Shown: piece after piece, positions 24,677-32,000 of the stretch
Position numbering within the stretch: the stretch's first letter is position 1
Layout: the number at the start of each line of letters is the position of its first letter
Source: Simonsiella muelleri ATCC 29453
GTDB taxonomy: Bacteria > Pseudomonadota > Gammaproteobacteria > Burkholderiales > Neisseriaceae
DNA length: 32,000 nt
Direction: 5' to 3'
NCBI RefSeq assembly: GCF_002951835.1
Contig: NZ_CP019448.1
Location: 707,293 to 739,292 of the forward strand
Position numbers and translations under genes: made by a program
Notes under the pieces: generated by a model
Told to the model about the DNA's origin: nothing
Seen by the model: only the letters and a program-made list of their open reading frames with translations
Databases searched by the model: none

Positions 24677-24913
24677 TTAAGCACGACGCATCATGCGAAC
24701 AACCATTGCAACACCAACGCCAACCATAGCCAAACCAATTACAACGCCACCAACAGCATATAAATCAGTTTTGAAATCCGATGTTTCAGCCTTTACGGCT
24801 TCAGCCAATGGACCAGCAAAAGAGTTAGTTGCCAACAATGCGCTACCTACAATAACCGCAGATGTAGCTTTATCAGATACAGCACGACACACTTGTTTGA
24901 TATTTGCTTTCAT
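24677..24913 (-). CDS. Inovirus major coat protein (pVIII-type)
   Basis: 78 aa. The signal peptide ends NSFA|G. The mature ~45 aa have an acidic N-terminus (AEAVKAETSDFKTD), a hydrophobic core (GGVVIGLAMVGVGVAMVV) and a basic C-terminus (RMMRRA). Confidence 0.85.
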   Translation of the reverse strand: MKANIKQVCRAVSDKATSAVIVGSALLATNSFAGPLAEAVKAETSDFKTDLYAVGGVVIGLAMVGVGVAMVVRMMRRA

Positions 24914-25003
24914 AAGTAATCTCCGAAAGTTTAAAAAATAGGCTGCTTCGTGGGGTTTTTGACGCGGCAGCCCAACACGTCAAAATAAAAAATCTTTCAG
25001 GCT

Positions 25004-25312
25004 TTAAGACTGCGCTGTTTTCGGCTTTTCATTCTGTAATACTTGCAGCTTCGTTACTAAGTTAACAGTATTATTGCCTTTTTTCACTGGCGAAAATTCA
25101 ACTTCAACTAAACAAGGCAATTTGCCACGCAAATTAATTAATTCACTATGCTGCTCAGATTTGCCAAATTCCAACTCAACTACATCAACACCAAACTCTT
25201 TTTCCTGATGTTCATAAACTGGAACCTCGATATAAAGGCGTGTATAGTCGTATTCTTGACCGTTTTCCGTTTTTCCTTTGTTCCATTTGATTTTACGAAG
25301 TAATGTTTTCAT
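25004..25312 (-). CDS. Putative ssDNA-binding protein (gV-like)
   Basis: 102 aa. It is translationally coupled to Rep by an ATGA overlap at 25309-25312. Its size and position match gV. No sequence motif was recognised. Confidence 0.5.
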   Translation of the reverse strand: MKTLLRKIKWNKGKTENGQEYDYTRLYIEVPVYEHQEKEFGVDVVELEFGKSEQHSELINLRGKLPCLVEVEFSPVKKGNNTVNLVTKLQVLQNEKPKTAQS

Positions 25313-26922
25313 GATGTTTCCTTATGTTTAGGGTTTAAATTTTGTTGCTTATATTGTCCGTAACGAAGATGCAAATATTCATCATAAGTCATCGACTCTT
25401 GTAGCTCTCTTGTAAAACCTTTTCCAAATACTGCCCTTAAAAATAAATCCGATTTCAAATTGTTACGAAATTGCTTCAATTCTTCGGTATTCACTTTAGG
25501 CTTTTGTTCTTGTTGAATTTCTGATTCAACTAGCTTTTTTTCAAAAATATAATTTCTTAAATCAATATCGGATGGTTTTCTCTTGTTTTCTTTTATAAAT
25601 TCAACAAATGGATAACCAGCATCAAATGCGTTAGGGTGCAATCGTTTATTCATTTTTGCCCCTACGTTTTCAAGAAGTTGAACAATCTCTTGTTCTTCAA
25701 AACCCATAAACTTTAATGTTTTAATCGTTGGGCTAACTTGAATTGACGCGTGATGAAGCATATGCTCAACACTGATTTCTTTCATTTTTTGGAGTCGATC
25801 AGGCTTTTTTAAATCTTCTGAATATATCATGAATAATTCTTCACAAATTGGGTACGCCCCTGTTAAGTATTCACCGGGTTTCAATAAAATTTCATGCTCA
25901 AGCACAATATCGCGGTTTCGCATTTGCAGTTCAAAACGAACCCAAGGGCTACTCCTGTCTCCCTGTTCAATGCCTTTTTCATAAACGCGAACCACGCGAG
26001 AACCATTTTTACGACTTCCAATATACAAAGTCCGCCCACCGTCAGGCGCATTCAGCCAGCCCACTCCAGCCATTTCAGCGTTAGGCTGTGTATTTCCTGA
26101 TTTAAATTTACCAGCAGCCCAATCAGAATAGGCTTGTAATGGCGTATATTCGCCTTTTAAAAAATCATGTGCTAAATCAATTCGCGTTATTTTGCATGAT
26201 GGCGCATAATCCTTTATCCAGTCATAAAGACGATTTTCCCATCCGTCCAAAGCTGCCGCTAAACCAACACCCGAAACATAAATACAAACAGTCCCACCTT
26301 GTTTATCTCCATTACCCCAACCAAAAAATCCGTATTTAATGCGTTCATCAGATTTCAAACCCATATTAGCTGTTTTAGGATAACCATTACGACCGTTTCC
26401 ACGACTTGAAAAATAAAAACCAAAAATTTCAAAAAGCATGGCTTCAGCATTGGCTAAAACAAGCTCATCTTCAGCATCTTCACTTTCACATTGAACACTT
26501 TGTTCTAAAGTTAAAAGAGAATATTTTGAAAAAGTAATAGTGATGGTATCTATATGTGCAGACATACCTACACCTTTACGTAAAGGAACGGCTTTAATTT
26601 CGCCATTAACCATTACATAATGATTTTGTATTTCTGAAATATGACTTACCCCCCCTTGTTTCACAGGCTTAAAATTTTGTCCCCCCGTGTTACTAGTGGG
26701 GGGTGGCTGCACCGCTCCGCAGCCTGCCGCGCACGCGCTGTCTGTCTGCGCATCGGCGCAGCCACTTTCCACAGAACCTAAAGAAGCAATCAAGCGCTCG
26801 TATCCACGAATCGCACTAGATTTGCGTGTATAATCCTTTACAAATTCGCCATTAACATATAATGCAAATTTGCCTTGTTCAGTTTTTACAATTTCATAAT
26901 TCATGTTTTGTAAACTAGACAT
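25309..26922 (-). CDS. Rolling-circle replication initiation protein (Rep_trans / phage gII-like)
   Basis: The ITRIDLAHDF and GSRKNGSRVVRVYEKG regions are typical of the replication initiation factor family found in Nf/MDA phages and pT181-type plasmids. The track start at 26964 is a TTG inside a hairpin, so the ATG at 26922 is preferred. Confidence 0.8.
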   Translation of the reverse strand: MSSLQNMNYEIVKTEQGKFALYVNGEFVKDYTRKSSAIRGYERLIASLGSVESGCADAQTDSACAAGCGAVQPPPTSNTGGQNFKPVKQGGVSHISEIQNHYVMVNGEIKAVPLRKGVGMSAHIDTITITFSKYSLLTLEQSVQCESEDAEDELVLANAEAMLFEIFGFYFSSRGNGRNGYPKTANMGLKSDERIKYGFFGWGNGDKQGGTVCIYVSGVGLAAALDGWENRLYDWIKDYAPSCKITRIDLAHDFLKGEYTPLQAYSDWAAGKFKSGNTQPNAEMAGVGWLNAPDGGRTLYIGSRKNGSRVVRVYEKGIEQGDRSSPWVRFELQMRNRDIVLEHEILLKPGEYLTGAYPICEELFMIYSEDLKKPDRLQKMKEISVEHMLHHASIQVSPTIKTLKFMGFEEQEIVQLLENVGAKMNKRLHPNAFDAGYPFVEFIKENKRKPSDIDLRNYIFEKKLVESEIQQEQKPKVNTEELKQFRNNLKSDLFLRAVFGKGFTRELQESMTYDEYLHLRYGQYKQQNLNPKHKETS

Positions 26923-27047
26923 AATTAAAGCCCCACACTTTAAAAAATAAAGTAGGGGCTTCAATCAGCCTTAAATCAAATAATTGCTTAAAAGCAAAAG
27001 ATACTTGTTAGATTTACAGCCCCCACAGCAGAGGCTCTAATATATAA

Positions 27048-27103
27048 GGGCAGCCTGAAAAATTGGAGACAATCAGATTGTAACCGAATTTTTCAGGCTG
27101 CCT
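27048..27103 (-). terminator. Inverted DUS pair downstream of typA
   Basis: GGGCAGCCTGAAAAATT pairs with AATTTTTCAGGCTGCCT (16/17), with a 22-nt loop. Confidence 0.55.
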
Positions 27104-27129
27104 GAACATTTATTTATTCACATCAAAAA

Positions 27130-28947
27130 TTAATCTTTTTTCGCAGCGGAAAATTGGCGGCGGCGTTCGTGTTCGCTCAAATAGCGTTTACGCAAGCGGA
27201 TGGATTGAGGCGTGATTTCTACCAATTCATCATCATCAATAAACTCTACTGCGCTTTCCAACGTCAATTTGATGGGTGTGGTTAAACGCACGGCTTCATC
27301 TGTACCACTGGCGCGCACATTGGTTAATTTTTTGCCTTTTAATGGGTTGACCACCAAATCGTTATCGCGACTGTGAATGCCAATAATCATGCCTTCGTAG
27401 ATTTTATCGTTTGGCGACACAAACATACGGCCACGGTCTTCCAAGTTCCACAATGCGTAAGCCACCGCTTCGCCTTGTTCTTGCGATACCAATACGCCAT
27501 TATGACGACCCGGCATATCAGGTTTTACGGGGGCGTAGTCGTCAAACACATGGCTCATCAAGCCTGTACCGCGTGTCATGGTCATGAATTCGCCTTGAAA
27601 ACCAATCAAGCCACGCGCGGGAATATGGTACTCCAAGCGCGTACGACCGTTGCCATCACTTTCCATATTGGTTAATTCACCACGGCGACGACCGAGTTCT
27701 TCCATGACTGCGCCTTGGTTTTCATCGGGTACGTCTACGGTTAAATTTTCGTATGGCTCGCATTTTTGACCGTTGATTTCACGATAAACAACGCGTGGTT
27801 TGCCAACTGCCAACTCATAACCTTCACGGCGCATATTTTCCAATAAAATGGTTAAATGCAATTCGCCACGACCTGATACACGGAATACGTCTGCGTCTTC
27901 AGTATCTTCCACGCGTAACGCCACGTTGGTCAGTAATTCTTTGGTTAAGCGGTCGCGGATTTGGCGTGAGGTAACAAATTTGCCTTCTGTGCCTGCCAAC
28001 GGTGAGGTATTCACCATAAAATCCATTGTCAAAGTGGGTTCGTCCACGCTCAACATGGGTACGCCCATAGGGTTTTCTTTGTCGCAAATGGTAACGCCGA
28101 TACCGATGTCTTCAATGCCCGAAATGATGACGATGTCGCCTGCTTCTGCTTCATCTTGTGGCACGCGTTCCAGACCTTTAAAACCCAATAATTGGTTGAT
28201 GCGACCTGTGGCGATTTGCGTTTCGTGGTTCATAACAGCAACTTGCATACTAGGGCGAATTTTACCATTCAACACGCGACCAATACCCAAGCGACCTGTA
28301 TAGTTATCATAATCCAATTGTGAAATTTGCAATTGTAAAGGTGCATTTGCATCACCACTTGGCTCGGGCGTATGTTTCAAAATGGTTTCAAACAACACGC
28401 GCATATCGTCTTCCGTGCCGTCTTCTTCTAAACGCGCAAAGCCACTCAAACCTGATGCGTATACGATTGGGAAATCTAATTGCTCATCAGTTGCACCCAA
28501 AGAATCAAATAATTCAAAGGTTTGGTCAATGACCCAGCTTGCACGAGCCGATGGTTTGTCAATTTTGTTAATCACGACAATCGGTTTCAAACCCAAGCCC
28601 AAAGCTTTTTTGGTAACAAAGCGAGTTTGTGGCATCGGACCTTCTTGCGCGTCTACCAGCAAGACAACGCAATCTACCATACCCAATACGCGTTCTACTT
28701 CGCCGCCAAAATCGGCGTGTCCTGGTGTGTCTACAATGTTGATATGATAGCCGTTGTATTCAATGGCGGTATTTTTTGCCAAAATCGTGATGCCACGTTC
28801 TTTTTCAATGTCGTTGCTGTCCATCACGCGTTCATCAACCTGTTGGTTGTCGCGGAATGTGCCAGATTGGCGTAATAATTGGTCTACAAGCGTGGTTTTG
28901 CCATGGTCAACGTGGGCGATAATGGCAATGTTGCGAATATTTTTCAT
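27130..28947 (-). CDS. typA: Translational GTPase TypA/BipA
   Basis: 605 aa. [19 protein letters not shown]...[14 protein letters not shown]...NKIDK are the motifs. Its length and domain order match BipA. Confidence 0.95.
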   Translation of the reverse strand: MKNIRNIAIIAHVDHGKTTLVDQLLRQSGTFRDNQQVDERVMDSNDIEKERGITILAKNTAIEYNGYHINIVDTPGHADFGGEVERVLGMVDCVVLLVDAQEGPMPQTRFVTKKALGLGLKPIVVINKIDKPSARASWVIDQTFELFDSLGATDEQLDFPIVYASGLSGFARLEEDGTEDDMRVLFETILKHTPEPSGDANAPLQLQISQLDYDNYTGRLGIGRVLNGKIRPSMQVAVMNHETQIATGRINQLLGFKGLERVPQDEAEAGDIVIISGIEDIGIGVTICDKENPMGVPMLSVDEPTLTMDFMVNTSPLAGTEGKFVTSRQIRDRLTKELLTNVALRVEDTEDADVFRVSGRGELHLTILLENMRREGYELAVGKPRVVYREINGQKCEPYENLTVDVPDENQGAVMEELGRRRGELTNMESDGNGRTRLEYHIPARGLIGFQGEFMTMTRGTGLMSHVFDDYAPVKPDMPGRHNGVLVSQEQGEAVAYALWNLEDRGRMFVSPNDKIYEGMIIGIHSRDNDLVVNPLKGKKLTNVRASGTDEAVRLTTPIKLTLESAVEFIDDDELVEITPQSIRLRKRYLSEHERRRQFSAAKKD

Positions 28948-29057
28948 GTTTCACTTCTTAGAAATAAAAATAAACTTTTCAGGCAGCCTGAAAAGTTAAA
29001 TAATCAAAAAACCGTGTATTGTAGCATGATTTTGTGTTTTTCAGGCTGCCTTATATT

Positions 29058-29125
29058 TTAGAACCTGTATTCATAGCCAACGTGAAATGGGTTTTTGTCC
29101 CAGTTGGTGCGAATACAGGTTCTAA
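29058..29125. repeat. Copy 2 (intact) of the ~68-bp IR-bounded interspersed repeat
   Basis: Perfect 15-bp terminal inverted repeats TTAGAACCTGTATTC and GAATACAGGTTCTAA. The core is shared with 5012-5093. Confidence 0.7.
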
Positions 29126-29127
29126 AA

Positions 29128-30048
29128 TTAATCTTGAATGATGCTTACACCCATGATATTAGCTAACGCAATGGCTTGTTTTAATGTTTCCAATGCTTTG
29201 GGGCGAACAAAATTACGGCGATATGCCAAAGATACGCGGCGATAAGGTACAGGCGGTTTAAATGGCACAATGGAAAATAACATATGGTCATTTTCCGTTA
29301 ATGCTGTCGCTGGCAACACACTAATCCCCAATCCACTGGCAACCATATGGCGCACCGTATTAATCGAACTACCCTGTAAAGTACTGGTTAAACCCGAAAT
29401 ACGTTGACGCGATGCTAATTCCATGCAGCTTCCCAACACTTGGTCACGCATACAATTACCTTCCGTCAACAGCAACAAACGTTCTTGACCGATGTCTTCT
29501 TTAGTAACTTCATCCAAATTTTCAAAATGATGTCCCTTAGGAACAATCACAAAAAATGGTTCATCATACAAAGGCATGGTCAATATGCCGCCTTCTTGAT
29601 ACGGTTCAGCGACCACAATTGCATCTAATTCACCACGTTTGAGCAAATCCGTGAGTACATGAGTGTAATTTTCTTCCAACATTAACGGCATTTTGGGCGC
29701 AACATCACGCAAAGACAAAATCAATTTTGGCAATAAATAGGGCGCAACCGTAAAAATTAGCCCCAATTTTAATGCGCCTTCTAATTCATCTTGCGCTTTA
29801 CTGGCAAGCGTGTAAATCACATTTGCAGCATCAATAACTTTTTGTGATTGTGCCACGATGCGTTGCCCAACATGAGTCGCCATCACTTCGCTGCCACTGC
29901 GATCAAACAGCGAAACCGCTAATTCTTCTTCCAACTTTTTGATAGCAATAGATAAAGTGGGCTGGCTAACATGGCAACGTTGAGCAGCACGCCCAAAATG
30001 GCGTTCTTCCGCCACTGCCACGATATAACGCAACTCAGTGAGTGTCAT
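29128..30048 (-). CDS. oxyR: LysR-family hydrogen peroxide sensor OxyR
   Basis: MTLTELRYIVAVAEERHFGRAAQRCHVSQPTLS is the HTH region. The redox Cys pair lies in EGNCMRDQVLGSC. Confidence 0.85.
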   Translation of the reverse strand: MTLTELRYIVAVAEERHFGRAAQRCHVSQPTLSIAIKKLEEELAVSLFDRSGSEVMATHVGQRIVAQSQKVIDAANVIYTLASKAQDELEGALKLGLIFTVAPYLLPKLILSLRDVAPKMPLMLEENYTHVLTDLLKRGELDAIVVAEPYQEGGILTMPLYDEPFFVIVPKGHHFENLDEVTKEDIGQERLLLLTEGNCMRDQVLGSCMELASRQRISGLTSTLQGSSINTVRHMVASGLGISVLPATALTENDHMLFSIVPFKPPVPYRRVSLAYRRNFVRPKALETLKQAIALANIMGVSIIQD

Positions 30049-30050
30049 GA

Positions 30051-30368
30051 TTAAGCTTCCGCAGTAGGTGCTGGTAAATCAATTGCTGATGATTCCAAAC
30101 GTTTGCTTTCAGGCAGCGTGATATTGAGTTCCAACATATCAATACCATCACGTTTTTCATGGGCAATATTGATGTCATTCAATTCAATTTTGACGTATTT
30201 AGACAAAACTTCCAACAATTCTTTTTGCAGAGTCGGTAAATAATCAGGCGTATCATTTTCTGAATCACGCGTATTTCGCTCTTGCGCAATAATAATTTGC
30301 AAGCGGTCACGCGCAACATTAGCGGTTTTATGTTCGCGTTTACCAAATAAGAATTCAAAAATAGACAT
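30051..30368 (-). CDS. minE: Cell division topological specificity factor MinE
   Basis: [31 protein letters not shown]... It lies immediately after minD. Confidence 0.9.
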   Translation of the reverse strand: MSIFEFLFGKREHKTANVARDRLQIIIAQERNTRDSENDTPDYLPTLQKELLEVLSKYVKIELNDINIAHEKRDGIDMLELNITLPESKRLESSAIDLPAPTAEA

Positions 30369-30371
30369 GGC

Positions 30372-31187
30372 TTATCTGCCTCCGAATAATCGTTGGAAAA
30401 AGCTTTTTTTCACGGGTTCAAGGAAACGAATTTCACGATTTTCCCCTAATAAACGCGCCACAACATCTTTGTAAGCATCGGCAGCTGTTGCATTGTCTTG
30501 GTGAATCACAGGCGAACCCGAGTTAGACGCTTGCAATACATTTTGTGATTCTGGAATTACACCAATCAATGGAATGCGCAAAATATCTTGAATATCTTGT
30601 ACAGATAACATCTCGCCTTTTGCCACGCGCTCTGGCGAATAACGTGTAATCAGTAAATGCTCTTTCACAGCTTGCCCACGTTCTGCTTTGCGTGATTTGC
30701 TTTGCAAAATACCCAAAATACGGTCAGAGTCGCGTACTGAAGATACTTCTGGGTTAGTGGTAATAATCGCCTCATCAGCAAAATACAACGCCATTAACGC
30801 ACCCGTTTCAATCCCTGCTGGCGAATCACAAATAATGTATTCAAAGCGCAAACTTTGAATTAATTCAGCCAAAATACGCTCCACACCTGCTTTGCTTAAC
30901 GCTTCTTTATCGCGAGTTTGTGATGCGGGCAAAATGTACAAATTGTCGCAATGTTTGTCTTTAATTAGGGCTTGATTTAACGTTGCTTCTTTTTGAATCA
31001 CGTTAATCAAATCGTACACCACGCGGCGTTCGCAACCCATAATCAAATCCAGATTACGCAAACCCACGTCAAAGTCAATCACGCAAGTTTTGTGTCCGCG
31101 CAATGCTAAACCTGATGCAATGCTGGCTGAAGTAGTGGTTTTACCCACGCCGCCTTTACCAGAAGTTACTACAATGATTTTTGCCAC
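30372..31187 (-). CDS. minD: Septum site-determining ATPase MinD
   Basis: 271 aa. It has a GTG start with AAGGAG upstream. IVVTSGKGGVGKTT is the deviant Walker A motif. Confidence 0.95.
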   Translation of the reverse strand: MAKIIVVTSGKGGVGKTTTSASIASGLALRGHKTCVIDFDVGLRNLDLIMGCERRVVYDLINVIQKEATLNQALIKDKHCDNLYILPASQTRDKEALSKAGVERILAELIQSLRFEYIICDSPAGIETGALMALYFADEAIITTNPEVSSVRDSDRILGILQSKSRKAERGQAVKEHLLITRYSPERVAKGEMLSVQDIQDILRIPLIGVIPESQNVLQASNSGSPVIHQDNATAADAYKDVVARLLGENREIRFLEPVKKSFFQRLFGGR

Positions 31188-31257
31188 GTTATGGCTCCTT
31201 ACTGTAAAAATTAAAAAACTAAAATCATATCAAAAATCGTTTCAGGCTGCCTGAAAA

Positions 31258-32000
31258 CTATTCAGCCACAATAGATGAAATTGCTAAACGGTCGTCTTGC
31301 AACTCAATGCGGACAGGTTGTTTGTGCAGGTGTTGTGGTAATTTTTGTTCAAATGTGCGATAAATACCAGCAATGGAAACCAGTTCTGCTTGCATGGATT
31401 GCACAAAAATTCGGGCTTTGCGATCGCCTGATGCGCCAGCCAAAGCACGCCCACGCAAAGGCGCATAGATATGAATGTTGCCATCTGCGATGACTTCTGC
31501 CCCTGGACTCACAATACCCAGCACAATCAAATCGGCTTTTTCAGCATAAATTTGTTGTCCCGTACGAACAGGCGTGGAAACAACAATAGTTTGTTTGGCT
31601 TCACTGATGCTGACAATTTCGCCTTTGGCCTCACCGACTTGTCCAGATAGTTCACTGGGCATGGATTCAGCGATGCGGCGTGCTTCTTCAGCAGAGATTT
31701 CTACTAAATCAGCTTGTTGCTCTGCCATTTCAACGGTTTTGATGGCATCATTATCGTTCATCAAAATATCATTGTCTGCATCATTTATGTTGGTATCGGC
31801 ATCGGATTTGTTGGCAGCTGTGGTGGTTTCATGGGTAATTTCTTCGCCAAACAGTTCACGCGCAAAAGCTTCAGCATCACCTAAAATAGAATCGTCTTCC
31901 ACAAAATCCGAACCAGAATCCACAATTTCTTGTGGATTTTGTGCAACAGTTTCAATGGGTTTATCTGTAGAATTAGTTGATTCTTCATTGTCCAATTCAA
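31258..32000 (-). CDS. minC: Septum site-determining protein MinC; 5' end beyond the window
   Basis: The C-terminal domain [23 protein letters not shown] is present. The track 'start' at 31995 is a TTG and the frame stays open to the edge. The visible N-part is an acidic linker. Confidence 0.85.
   Translation of the reverse strand, partial: ELDNEESTNSTDKPIETVAQNPQEIVDSGSDFVEDDSILGDAEAFARELFGEEITHETTTAANKSDADTNINDADNDILMNDNDAIKTVEMAEQQADLVEISAEEARRIAESMPSELSGQVGEAKGEIVSISEAKQTIVVSTPVRTGQQIYAEKADLIVLGIVSPGAEVIADGNIHIYAPLRGRALAGASGDRKARIFVQSMQAELVSIAGIYRTFEQKLPQHLHKQPVRIELQDDRLAISSIVAE

Larger units (their letters stand above)
18832..27005 (-). mobile_element. Integrated filamentous (Inovirus, Nf/MDA-like) prophage with an IS110-family transposase
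   Basis: The minus-strand order is Rep, gV-like, major coat, small ORF, pIII-like, pVI-like, Zot/pI, then the IS110 transposase. AGATACT sits at both borders (18829-18835 and 26999-27005). It contains no DUS and is visibly more AT-rich than the flanks. Confidence 0.85.

Noticed and set aside
27373-28999. Multiple 60-150-aa plus-strand ORFs inside typA
   Set aside because: They are antisense to a full-length, highly conserved GTPase gene. This is typical codon-bias shadow ORF behaviour.

Overview
This is a low-GC Neisseriaceae-type chromosomal segment. It is saturated with the DNA-uptake-sequence 12-mer AGGCAGCCTGAA: I count at least 25 exact copies by eye, and about 15 sit in overlapping palindromes TTCAGGC[A/T]GCCTGAA. 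The backbone genes are a DUF533 gene, murJ (apparently frameshifted), an IS-disrupted thermonuclease gene, mltA, trmB, ybeY, an OmpA-family gene, a 921-aa Sel1-like protein, rnpB (RNase P RNA), rpmB-rpmG, hldA, ldh, maf, slyD, an Ala-rich lipoprotein, a SAM methyltransferase, a small membrane protein, typA, oxyR and minEDC. The accessory content falls into four groups. (1) An ~8.2-kb filamentous (Inovirus, Neisseria Nf/MDA-like) prophage lies at 18832-27005. It carries an IS110-family (Piv/Irg-like) transposase instead of an integrase, contains no DUS, and is bounded by AGATACT repeats. (2) A ~348-bp highly structured non-coding module sits 3' of that transposase. It occurs twice inside the prophage, and the two copies differ by compensatory base-pair substitutions. 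(3) An IS5-group insertion sequence and two miniature derivatives all sit inside a DUS with the same AGCCT direct repeat. (4) A second IS5-family (IS427-like) element splits the nuclease gene. The most interesting region is the prophage, its IS110 recombinase, the structured module and the internal rearrangement. All coordinates and structures were read by eye and no searches were run.
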